NCBI GenBank assembly: GCA_024681295.1
Contig: JAILBC010000132.1
Span: 12,397-76,396 of the forward strand
Direction of reading: 5' to 3'
DNA: 64,000 bases
Source of the DNA: Bacteroidales bacterium
GTDB lineage: Bacteria; Bacteroidota; Bacteroidia; Bacteroidales; F082
Below the pieces are notes generated by a model. It had not been told where the DNA came from. It was given only the letters and a program-made list of their open reading frames with translations, and ran no database searches. Every line of letters begins with the position of its first letter. Positions within the stretch are counted from its first letter, which is position 1. Positions 47,772 through 55,473 of the stretch are shown here, one piece after another. The position numbers and the translations under genes are program-made.

Positions 47772-47944
47772 TGTACAGAGTAATCAGAAACATCCACGAT
47801 GCCGAGAACCTTCAGAAAAGCATCGAAGAAAGCAAGAAGCATGAAATCGAAGACGCAAAAGCCGAAGAAGCCCAGGAAGTTGCCGAGCAACCGGCCAAAG
47901 CCGAAGGCAAAGGCAAAAAGCAAAGGAAGGGCCCCAAGGCGTAA
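47772..47944 (+). CDS. Possible 57-aa charged helical peptide
   Basis: Hand-read MYRVIRNIHDAENLQKSIEESKKHEIEDAKAEEAQ... with natural-looking codon use. It competes with the overlapping 47799 ORF. Confidence 0.3.
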
Positions 47945-47975
47945 GGCTTTCGAGGAAGTGCGCCTGGGCCATCTG

Positions 47976-48233
47976 ATGAAGTACCGCGCTCCACTCGAGT
48001 ACGCCCTTGTGATGGAGTCGTGTACCAAATGGAAAGGCCCGGACGCCGACTTGATAGAAAGCATAAGCTACGCATCGACCAATCCCTTTTTCAGGTCCGT
48101 TCTGTTCCGGAGAGCCTTGATAGACTACAGGATCCACGGCCTGCACGGAGCCGTCGGGAAGCATAGAAGCGAGGCTTCCAATATACGAACAGAACAACTT
48201 ACATACAAGCGAATGTTGAAAGCAAATGTCTGA
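47976..48233 (+). CDS. Possible 85-aa protein (3' part of ORF 47799..48233)
   Basis: MKYRAPLEYALVMESCTKWKGPDADLIESISY... looks globular. The upstream Lys/Pro-rich part of the ORF overlaps the alternative 57-aa frame. Confidence 0.3.
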   Translation: MKYRAPLEYALVMESCTKWKGPDADLIESISYASTNPFFRSVLFRRALIDYRIHGLHGAVGKHRSEASNIRTEQLTYKRMLKANV

Positions 48234-48291
48234 TATTTTCGTATTCGCTTGATTTTAAAAATTTTATTCCCACTTTTCTCCGGATTGATTG

Positions 48292-48299
48292 TATATTTG
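48292..48299 (+). promoter_or_regulatory. Candidate -7 promoter box (TATATTTG) upstream of sigma factor gene
   Basis: Matches the Bacteroidetes TAnnTTTG consensus, 47 nt upstream of the ATG at 48347, in an AT-rich 113-bp gap. Confidence 0.35.
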
Positions 48300-48346
48300 C
48301 ACACAATTGATTCGTGCAGTTTATTTTCTGATTTCAATAATCGTTA

Positions 48347-48943
48347 ATGAACAAAGCGGACGGGCTGGGAAACAGCAGTTCGGACGTCAGGAGAAAAGGC
48401 GAATTATTCAACAAGTACATCAAGCCATACTACGACTTCATCAGGCGGCTGTGCGAACGCTACACGGCGTCGAAGCATGATGTTGACGAGAATTTCAACG
48501 ACGTCCTTTTAAACCTTTACATCTACATCGAGACATACGACGAGAGCCGCGACCTCAGGACATGGATCCACATCGTCACAAAACGGCATGTTTTCGCCCT
48601 TGACGAAAAGCGAAGAAGGCACGACAACTCAATCCAGGGAACCGAATGCGACATAGACAGGGTGCCGTCGTGCGAAATCGACAACTACGACGAATCTGAG
48701 GATTACGAGAAGATCTATGGCGACGGCATTGTTAGGACACTGCGCTCAATGCCGCAGATATACCGGCAGGCTTTCATGATGCAGCACCACGGGATGTCGC
48801 TCAAGGAAATAGCCAAGGCGCTGAAAGAGAGCGGCGACCTCAAATCCGGGAACATCAATACGGTTAAAACGAGAATCCACGTCGCAAGGAAGATTTTCAA
48901 GGAAAGCATAGACACGGAGGGAAACCTCCTCCCAAAACAATAA
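48347..48943 (+). CDS. Phage-encoded sigma-70 family (ECF-like) RNA polymerase sigma factor
   Basis: Region-2-like DLRTWIHIVTKRHVFALDEKRRR. Region-4 HTH: YRQAFMMQHHGMSLKEIAKAL...NINTVKTRIHVARKIFKE. Confidence 0.7.
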   Translation: MNKADGLGNSSSDVRRKGELFNKYIKPYYDFIRRLCERYTASKHDVDENFNDVLLNLYIYIETYDESRDLRTWIHIVTKRHVFALDEKRRRHDNSIQGTECDIDRVPSCEIDNYDESEDYEKIYGDGIVRTLRSMPQIYRQAFMMQHHGMSLKEIAKALKESGDLKSGNINTVKTRIHVARKIFKESIDTEGNLLPKQ

Positions 48944-48947
48944 CACG

Positions 48948-49211
48948 ATGGAAAACAACAACGAAAACACAGTAAATGAACCTGAGTTGACATTCAAGAT
49001 GATCACCGACAGGGTGTCGCTCAGAATCAGCAACCCGGACATCGAGGAGCCGCTTTGCGAGCTGTCCGGCTACGACCTGAGAGTGCGTTTCAACTTCGCC
49101 TATATCAAGTCGTTGGAGGACGTGGAGATTGCTTCGGCGGCGATCGGCAACTTGTTCAAAAACATGATTCTCGAAGAATTATTGGGCAAAAACAAAACCG
49201 AAAACGCCTGA
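48948..49211 (+). CDS. Hypothetical protein
   Basis: 87-aa ORF directly after the sigma factor gene. Confidence 0.45.
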   Translation: MENNNENTVNEPELTFKMITDRVSLRISNPDIEEPLCELSGYDLRVRFNFAYIKSLEDVEIASAAIGNLFKNMILEELLGKNKTENA

Positions 49212-49243
49212 CGACACTATTCAGAGCAAAAGACGCACTGAAT

Positions 49244-49771
49244 ATGGGAGATACGACAAGCATCGTCAAGAAGGAAAATCCTGGGGTTCCAAGCGTATCG
49301 TTGCTGAACGATTGCGAAATCAGGTTTTGCGAATTGTACGCAAGGGGTGAGGCGCCATACGCCGGCAACCCGACAAAATGCTACAAAGCGGCTTTCAATA
49401 CCAATGATCCGACATGCGGCATGAAAGCCTATATGCTGCTTGCAAGGTCGGACGTGCAGAAACACCTTACCGATATCATGTCGGTCGAGTTTGACGAAAC
49501 GGCATACATCAAGGAGTTTGTCAAGACAAACATGATGAGCATTATCGAGGAGATGGCGCACAACAGCTTTACCGACAGGAACGGGAAGGCGATTTCACCC
49601 GCCCCGTCGAGAAGCGTAGCCGTATCTGCCGCAAAGGTTCTCATGGACCTCTACAAGATCCGCGAGCCCAACGCAAACGAACTCAACATCAGCAACAAGG
49701 ACGGCGGCAACATCACCTTCAACGTGATTGTTCCGGAAAGCAAGAAGAAGGAGTTGGCGAATGAAGAATAA
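49244..49771 (+). CDS. Terminase small subunit
   Basis: From Met at 49244: CEIRFCELYARGEAPYAGNPTKCYKAAF...KAYMLLARSDVQKHL is typical of the Terminase_2/P27-type small subunit N-terminal HTH. Confidence 0.65.
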   Translation: MGDTTSIVKKENPGVPSVSLLNDCEIRFCELYARGEAPYAGNPTKCYKAAFNTNDPTCGMKAYMLLARSDVQKHLTDIMSVEFDETAYIKEFVKTNMMSIIEEMAHNSFTDRNGKAISPAPSRSVAVSAAKVLMDLYKIREPNANELNISNKDGGNITFNVIVPESKKKELANEE

Positions 49772-50009
49772 GGTCATAGCGGTCATTCCTTCAAAGGAGC
49801 TCTCAAGCATTCGCCTCGACCACCTTGTGAACGAGAAGCTTGTGGTTGAGGATGTAATCCACGACAAGAGCGGCAAGCTGATCGGCTGTTTCTGCAAATC
49901 ACCAAATGGCGACATCAAAGGTGAGAATGGATGGTTCATTCCCATTGATTCAGTGTTTGAAGTGACTTTAATCAACAATTCAAAACATAGTTTTAATGAA
50001 CTGGACTGA
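49761..50009 (+). CDS. Hypothetical protein
   Basis: The ORF is trimmed to MKNKVIAVIPSKE and overlaps the TerS stop by 11 nt. Confidence 0.4.
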   Translation: MKNKVIAVIPSKELSSIRLDHLVNEKLVVEDVIHDKSGKLIGCFCKSPNGDIKGENGWFIPIDSVFEVTLINNSKHSFNELD

Positions 50010-50358
50010 AATCATCACACAACTAATTGAGACAGGAGGCATCGTCGGAATCCTCGGATTCTTCCTCACGTCCACCGAGAAGAAGGCTAACGCCCAACTC
50101 GTAAACATGCAGAAGATGTATGACAACCTACAGAACCTCTACGACAAGTTGCAAGCGCGATTTGACACTGAGACCGACAAGGTTGGCAAACTCTATCAGG
50201 AAATCGACGACCTGCACAACAAACTCGATGCCGCAAACACGAAAGCCGCCACCAGTGCGCTCAAACGCTGTGACTGCCTCACTTGCACAAAGAGGCAGCC
50301 GCCGATGGGCGACGAATGGCGAATGGACCTGGTAGGCGAAGGAAAGGAGGGCGCATGA
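49996..50358 (+). CDS. Membrane-anchored coiled-coil protein (holin or spanin-like candidate)
   Basis: N-terminal TM helix (IETGGIVGILGFFLTS) followed by a coiled coil. It lies in the lysis cassette. Confidence 0.45.
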   Translation: MNWTEIITQLIETGGIVGILGFFLTSTEKKANAQLVNMQKMYDNLQNLYDKLQARFDTETDKVGKLYQEIDDLHNKLDAANTKAATSALKRCDCLTCTKRQPPMGDEWRMDLVGEGKEGA

Positions 50359-50585
50359 GTTGGATTACTGAATCAAACCGCATGAAGCATTTCGTTTGTG
50401 CCGTACCGATCGGGTTCTTTCTCACCATCCTTGCCGTGCTCGGATGCGCTTTCGGGATGGAATTCAAGGACAAGCAGTGGGGCGGCAAGTTCGACTGGCT
50501 TGATATCGCCGCCACCATGCTTGGAGGCTTGGTCGGACAGGCTTTGCAAATCAGCGTGTTCTTACTGGTTTATCTCAACATTTAA
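50355..50585 (+). CDS. Two-TM small membrane protein (holin candidate)
   Basis: From Met at 50355 (ATGA overlap): FVCAVPIGFFLTILAVLGCAF and LGGLVGQALQISVFLLVYL helices. 76 aa. Confidence 0.5.
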   Translation: MSWITESNRMKHFVCAVPIGFFLTILAVLGCAFGMEFKDKQWGGKFDWLDIAATMLGGLVGQALQISVFLLVYLNI

Positions 50586-50594
50586 TCCAGCGTC

Positions 50595-50909
50595 ATGAAA
50601 CTCGTAAAAGCACGTCCATTAGATCCTGAGGCTTCGGATATGCTGGTTTTCTTCTGTCCTGGATGCCAAGAAGAGCACTGGGTGAGCGTCGGCCCTAAAA
50701 CCTTGTGGAAAATCATTTGGCAATTCAACGGCGACTATAATAAGCCGACCATCAACCCAAGCATATTGGTAAAACACAATAGCCCCGATGGTGAACATAT
50801 CTGCCATTCATTTATCCGTGACGGAAAGATACAGTTCCTTAGCGACTGCACACACGACATGAGAGGCAAGACAGTGGATTTGCCCGACATTGAAAAAGCA
50901 ACAACCTAA
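50595..50909 (+). CDS. Cys/His-rich small protein (DUF6527-like)
   Basis: Pattern FFCPGCQEEHW...WQFNGDYNKPTINPSI...CHSF...FLSDCTHDMRG, recalled as DUF6527-type. Likely binds Zn. Confidence 0.5.
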   Translation: MKLVKARPLDPEASDMLVFFCPGCQEEHWVSVGPKTLWKIIWQFNGDYNKPTINPSILVKHNSPDGEHICHSFIRDGKIQFLSDCTHDMRGKTVDLPDIEKATT

Positions 50910-50920
50910 CAACAATTATT

Positions 50921-51556
50921 ATGGCCAACTGTGAAAAACTTATCCCGACTATTATCAAGTGGGAGGCCGGAACAACCGGCGAAGGATTAACCAACGAACA
51001 GCTTTTTGAAAAAGCACGTAAAAAAGGCTTTGGGAACGACCCTGTTGATTCAGGTGGCGCCACCATGATTGGAGTTACCCTCAGCACCTACACTTCTTAT
51101 TGCAAGAAAAAGAAGAAACCCGCTCCGACGGTTGATGACTTGAAGGAAATCACCTACAAAGAGTGGTACGAGATCTTCAAGTCGATGTTCTGGGACAAAA
51201 TGCAGGCAGACCGCATCGAGAACCAATCCATCGCCAACCTTTGCGTCAACACCATTTGGGGTAGCGGAGCAGGCTACATCAAAACCATCCAAAGGGTTGT
51301 TGGTGTGAATCCAGACGGTGTGGTTGGGAACATCACCCTCCGAGCCATCAATGAGAATCCGCACCCGGACTATCTGTTCCAGCGTCTCTGGGACAGGAGA
51401 AAACAATTCTTTGAGGATATTGTCGAAAAGAACGTTGCGGCCTACGAAAAGAAGATAGGTCGGAAGGCTACGGAAGCGGAAAAACTCAAGTACACAAAGA
51501 AGAAATTCATCAATGGTTGGATGAATAGACTGAACGACTTTAAGTACGAGCCATGA
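50921..51556 (+). CDS. Endolysin, GH108-type N-acetylmuramidase with PG_binding_3-like C-terminal domain
   Basis: IKWEAG...DPVDSGGATMIGVTLSTY is the GH108 signature. The C-terminal DGVVGNITLRAIN is a peptidoglycan-binding motif. Confidence 0.8.
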   Translation: MANCEKLIPTIIKWEAGTTGEGLTNEQLFEKARKKGFGNDPVDSGGATMIGVTLSTYTSYCKKKKKPAPTVDDLKEITYKEWYEIFKSMFWDKMQADRIENQSIANLCVNTIWGSGAGYIKTIQRVVGVNPDGVVGNITLRAINENPHPDYLFQRLWDRRKQFFEDIVEKNVAAYEKKIGRKATEAEKLKYTKKKFINGWMNRLNDFKYEP

Positions 51557-52170
51557 AGAACGTCAATCTTTCAATAGTGGCCATTGTATTCGTTGTGGTA
51601 GCCGCACTTGCTTTCGTAGCACTCGGAGGCTTCGTCGGCTATCACATAGGGATAAAATCGTGCCCGGAGTGCCCTCAGGTTGCTTCGGACACGGTTTATC
51701 TGCCCGACACTTCGTCTTATGGCACACATGGCGACTCAATACCAGAGGAGGTCACAAAGGACAGTCTCGTACCGTTTCCGGTCCCGGTGCCTTATCCCGT
51801 AACAAAGGATTCAATCGTACACGACACCACCTATGTCTTTTTGCCTATGGAATGGAAACGTGCCTTCATCAAGGACACATGCGACATCTATTACCATGGG
51901 ATAATGGCTGATATTGATTCGATGAAGTTCTATTTCAACAATATGGTTGTAACCAACAACATCCTTCAAACCGAATACAAACAGCCGAGGTTGACGCTTG
52001 ACGCTGGCGTAGGCGCACTTTATCACCAAGAGAAGATAAATCCTTACCTGGTCGGCGTTCTGCGCTACAACAGGCCGAAAACGAAGTTTGGCGTGTTCGG
52101 CGCGATCAACCACGAGGGAGATTGGTGCGCCGGGGTCAACGTAACCTACAGAATGACAATTTTCAAGTAA
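51553..52170 (+). CDS. N-terminally anchored membrane protein (spanin-like candidate)
   Basis: TM helix LSIVAIVFVVVAALAFVALGGFVGY. The gene follows the endolysin with a 4-nt overlap. Confidence 0.45.
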   Translation: MKNVNLSIVAIVFVVVAALAFVALGGFVGYHIGIKSCPECPQVASDTVYLPDTSSYGTHGDSIPEEVTKDSLVPFPVPVPYPVTKDSIVHDTTYVFLPMEWKRAFIKDTCDIYYHGIMADIDSMKFYFNNMVVTNNILQTEYKQPRLTLDAGVGALYHQEKINPYLVGVLRYNRPKTKFGVFGAINHEGDWCAGVNVTYRMTIFK

Positions 52171-52228
52171 AAACAAACCAAAACGCCCCACGGGGACTAT
52201 TATAGACACCACTTTAACAAATAACACC

Positions 52229-52552
52229 ATGGAACTTAACATCAAAGACAGAATCTACATTCCGCAAATCCTGCCTGTCAAGGGCAGCTTCATGGAATTC
52301 AACCTGAAAAAGTCCATTTCCAAGAAAATCGGCATCACCGAGAAGGACAAGGAATTCTACGAGATTGTCACCAACCAGGAACTCGGCTCAGTCACATGGA
52401 ATCCAGAAAAGGACATGAACAACCCTATCAAGGTGGAGTTCACCGATGACGAGCTTGCGTTCCTGAAGAAATCCTGTGAGAACATTTCGGAACAGGAAAT
52501 GCCCGACGACTTCTGGGTGACGGTCGAGAAGATCTACAACTCGATTCCGTAA
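52229..52552 (+). CDS. Hypothetical protein
   Basis: 107-aa ORF between the lysis cassette and a terminator. Confidence 0.45.
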   Translation: MELNIKDRIYIPQILPVKGSFMEFNLKKSISKKIGITEKDKEFYEIVTNQELGSVTWNPEKDMNNPIKVEFTDDELAFLKKSCENISEQEMPDDFWVTVEKIYNSIP

Positions 52553-52587
52553 CAAAACGAGCATCTTTTCTCATAAATCTGTTTCGA

Positions 52588-52617
52588 TAAAGCGTGCCGA
52601 TGACACGCTTTATTTTT
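52588..52617 (+). terminator. Intrinsic terminator upstream of terminase large subunit gene
   Basis: A 9-bp stem (taaagcgtg / cacgcttta) with a 7-nt loop and a T5 tract. Confidence 0.55.
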
Positions 52618-52628
52618 AAAAGCAAGAC

Positions 52629-54215
52629 ATGGCCGCTAAACTCAGGGCACCGGAAAATTTGGTAATCGACTTCGAGCCGTCGGAGCGACAGTACGAATTG
52701 TGGAAGTACCTGCAGCCGAACGCATGTCCGCATTGCGGAGGGACGATCGAGAACGTTTTTGTCGGTTACGACCGGGAAGGGCATCCGCAATACAAGCCGC
52801 AATGCTCAAAATGCGGCAGTCAGAACCTTCCGCAGATAATTTTGGGGGGTGGAGCTGCCGGCGGCGGGAAGTCGTTTGTCGGCAGCGTTTGGATCATAAG
52901 CTCGTGCATGAGATTCAGCAACATACGGGCTGTTGTCGCGCGTAAGACCATCAAGTCGCTGAAGGAGTCCACCTTCAACACCATGAAAACGGTCATGAGG
53001 AAATGGGGGCTGAAAGAGGGGGAGAATTACAAGATAAACAACCTCGAGGGGACGGTCACGTTTTGGAACGATTCTGTGATTATCCTGAAGGAGTTGGAGG
53101 ACCTGCCATCGGACCCGAACTTCGAGCGCCTTGGATCTTCGGAATACACCATCGCTTTCATCGACGAGGTTTCCGAAATCAGCGAAAGGGCTGTCGAGGT
53201 GCTGTTCTCCCGTCTTCGTTGGCGCACCGCCGAGACGTTCAAGACCCCAAGGCTGCTGATGACCACCAACCCATGTATGACATGGGTGCGGTCGCGTTTC
53301 GTCCAGGATGATGACGGCAATCCGGTGGAGTGCAACGAATCAGAGGTGTTTGTCAGGTTTACGCTGTACGACAACCCCGACGAGGGATTCCGTCAGATAT
53401 ACGAGGCAGCACTTAACAAAATCACCGACAAGGCGACCAAGGAAAGGCTTAAATACGGCAATTGGGACTTCACCGATACGAATGTGGCCGCGGCCTACTG
53501 GAACTTCGACGGCGACAAGCACCTGTTCATGAACCTGAGGGAAAGGGTGTACAATTCGCTGAAACCGCTTATCGTCTGCTTCGACTTCAACGTCATCCCG
53601 TACATGGGTTCCCTTGTCGTGCAGGTTGACTACGACAAGAAGAAAATCTACTTCCTGGAGGAGATACTCGGCAAACAGGAGGAAAAGGAGAACAACACGC
53701 CGCGACTGTCGAGAAAGATACGCGACAAGTACATCGGAGAAAAGCACCTTGGAGGGCTTATCATCACCGGCGACCCCGCCGGCCTCGCAAGATCGACGCA
53801 AACGGAGGATGGCACGAACAACTTCACGATCATCATGAACAACATGCGCAACACCACGCTCAGGCCCGAAATCAAGGTACTGCCGAAACAGCCTCCGCAA
53901 CTGACAAGGCTTGAGTTCGGAAATGCACTTTTGGACGGTTACGACGGATGGCAGGTGATGATCGACCTCCGGTGCAGGAAGTTGACGGAGGACCTGATCA
54001 ACCAGAAGAAAAACCCGGACGGGACAAAGAACAAGACCAAGGTGACTGACCCGAAGACAAGGGTGAAATACGAGAAGTACGGCCACTTGTCGGATTGCTA
54101 CGACTATATCGTCTGCCTGTTCGCCTCGGAGAGTTGGAGAAGGTTCCAGACAAAGCAGACCACGGTGGTGACAGTTGACTCCACAATCGAAGTATATGAC
54201 GGATTCTCATTCTAA
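52629..54215 (+). CDS. Terminase large subunit with N-terminal Zn-ribbon
   Basis: Walker A GGGAAGGGKS, Walker B IAFIDEVSE, a C-terminal nuclease-sized domain, and CPHCGG...CSKCGS near the N-terminus. Confidence 0.85.
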   Translation: MAAKLRAPENLVIDFEPSERQYELWKYLQPNACPHCGGTIENVFVGYDREGHPQYKPQCSKCGSQNLPQIILGGGAAGGGKSFVGSVWIISSCMRFSNIRAVVARKTIKSLKESTFNTMKTVMRKWGLKEGENYKINNLEGTVTFWNDSVIILKELEDLPSDPNFERLGSSEYTIAFIDEVSEISERAVEVLFSRLRWRTAETFKTPRLLMTTNPCMTWVRSRFVQDDDGNPVECNESEVFVRFTLYDNPDEGFRQIYEAALNKITDKATKERLKYGNWDFTDTNVAAAYWNFDGDKHLFMNLRERVYNSLKPLIVCFDFNVIPYMGSLVVQVDYDKKKIYFLEEILGKQEEKENNTPRLSRKIRDKYIGEKHLGGLIITGDPAGLARSTQTEDGTNNFTIIMNNMRNTTLRPEIKVLPKQPPQLTRLEFGNALLDGYDGWQVMIDLRCRKLTEDLINQKKNPDGTKNKTKVTDPKTRVKYEKYGHLSDCYDYIVCLFASESWRRFQTKQTTVVTVDSTIEVYDGFSF

Positions 54216-54227
54216 AAACAATATACA

Positions 54228-55256
54228 ATGTACGAAAGATTCCTAAACAACAACGACTACACGGGGCTGATAACCAAGGAGGCCCTTTCGCAGATCACGA
54301 GGGATAACGCCGAATGCTTCCTCAACGCGGAGGAAGCCGCTGAAATCTCACTCGTCGAATATCTGTCGAACAACTACGAGATAGAGAAAGAGCTTGAAAT
54401 CGGCAAGAGGATCAAGCCATACAACAGAAGGATCACCTATCCCGTCGGGAGCCATTTCCTGTACACCATCAACGATGAATTGGTTGTATGTGAGGCCCTG
54501 AGGACCATCAACGGGAGCAAGGCGCCCATTGCTTCGCCCTACTGGATGGAGTACACCGGCGAAGACACCGAGGAAATCGAGCCTTATTCGCAGATAAAGA
54601 CGTATTTCGCCGGCGACAAGGTGAAGTTTGCCAACACCTATTATATATGTGTCAGACCGAACGGTTTCGGGTTCAACGACATCCGTGTGCCTGGCGCAGA
54701 GGGGTGGATTGAGGTCGAGTGCTATGAGTGGCTGGCCAACGTCAACTATTCGCTGTGGCATCCTGTCAAATGGGAAGGCAAATACTACGCCTTGATCAAT
54801 CTCGAGAACATCGACACGACGGTCAACCCGCACGAATCGGACAATTGGGGACTTGTCGGTGAGTACGACCCGGACTACAATGGGTACGAGTTCTCAGAGA
54901 CCGAGTATGTGGAGTTCGAGGGCAGGCTGTTTGTCCCGGCCATGGACGTCAATTCAGACGAGCTGAAAGTAGGCTACAACCTGCGGCGCCACGATCCCCG
55001 CAACGCCAATGTGAAGAAACACATGCTTCGCCTGGCCGTGTACGAACTGACGAAGATGATCTCGCCGAACAACGTCAGTTCTGCACGTATCGCAGACTAT
55101 GAGGCTTCGATAGAGTGGCTGCGTGACGCTTCAAAGCTTCGCATCAACCCTCAGATACCCCGCAAAATCGACGAGGACAAGAAGCCGGTCACTGATTATG
55201 CGATTGCGACATTCATGCGTGATTACGATCCCAACGACAACGCATGGCAGATTTAG
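54228..55256 (+). CDS. Virion protein, possible Mu gp36/DUF1320-like connector carrying CBM5/12-like inserts
   Basis: The ends (ITKEALSQITRDN...AEEAAEISLVEYL; MLRLAVYELTKMISPNN) are recalled as DUF1320-like. The middle has YFAGDKVKFANTYYICV and WHPVKWEGKYYALIN motifs. Confidence 0.4.
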   Translation: MYERFLNNNDYTGLITKEALSQITRDNAECFLNAEEAAEISLVEYLSNNYEIEKELEIGKRIKPYNRRITYPVGSHFLYTINDELVVCEALRTINGSKAPIASPYWMEYTGEDTEEIEPYSQIKTYFAGDKVKFANTYYICVRPNGFGFNDIRVPGAEGWIEVECYEWLANVNYSLWHPVKWEGKYYALINLENIDTTVNPHESDNWGLVGEYDPDYNGYEFSETEYVEFEGRLFVPAMDVNSDELKVGYNLRRHDPRNANVKKHMLRLAVYELTKMISPNNVSSARIADYEASIEWLRDASKLRINPQIPRKIDEDKKPVTDYAIATFMRDYDPNDNAWQI

Positions 55257-55279
55257 TACGTTGTGCAAGTGTCGTGCAT

Positions 55280-55319
55280 GAAAAAAGCCACTAACTTGAT
55301 TTTCAGTAAGTTAGTGGCT
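55280..55319 (-). terminator. Intrinsic terminator 7 nt downstream of tRNA-Lys
   Basis: A 12-bp perfect stem (agccactaactt / aagttagtggct) with a 10-nt loop, followed on the minus strand by T6. Confidence 0.6.
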
Positions 55320-55326
55320 GTGGTTG

Positions 55327-55399
55327 TGACCCGGCTGGGGCTCGAACCCAGGACCCCAACATTAAAAGTGTTGTGCTCTACCTGCTGAGCTACCGAGTC
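55327..55399 (-). tRNA. tRNA-Lys (anticodon UUU)
   Basis: Hand-folded 73-nt cloverleaf. Acceptor GACTCGG/CCGGGTC (one G-U pair); D arm GCTC-AGCAGGTA-GAGC; anticodon arm CAACA-CTTTTAA-TGTTG; T arm CTGGG-TTCGAGC-CCCAG. CCA is not encoded. Confidence 0.93.
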
Positions 55400-55419
55400 A
55401 TCCTCGCTTTTTGCGGCTG

Positions 55420-55427
55420 CAAAAGTA
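55420..55427 (-). promoter_or_regulatory. Candidate -7 promoter box (TACTTTTG) for tRNA-Lys
   Basis: The minus strand reads TACTTTTG, about 21 nt upstream of the tRNA 5' end. Confidence 0.4.
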
Positions 55428-55473
55428 CAAAACTTTTTTCATTCCGCAAGAAAATTTTTCAAAAACTTTTTCC

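Larger units (their letters stand above)
1..55326. mobile_element. Integrated tailed prophage (left end outside window), right junction at 3' end of tRNA-Lys
   Basis: Continuous phage gene content (portal, capsid, tape measure, terminase, endolysin, DGR) ends at 55256. A tRNA 3' end lies at 55327, and typical host housekeeping genes follow. Confidence 0.8.

Noticed and set aside
47750-48197. Minus-strand ORFs 47750..48064, 47784..48197 and 47812..48075.
   Set aside because: Their composition is Cys/Leu/Arg/Phe-rich and junk-like. They lie antisense to a charged plus-strand coding region and oppose the otherwise uniform plus-strand late block.
55257-55326. A search for an integrase or att core repeat next to the tRNA.
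   Set aside because: No recombinase-like ORF lies within 10 kb of the junction, and the partner att copy would be outside the window. Neither attR core limits nor an integrase can be called from this sequence.
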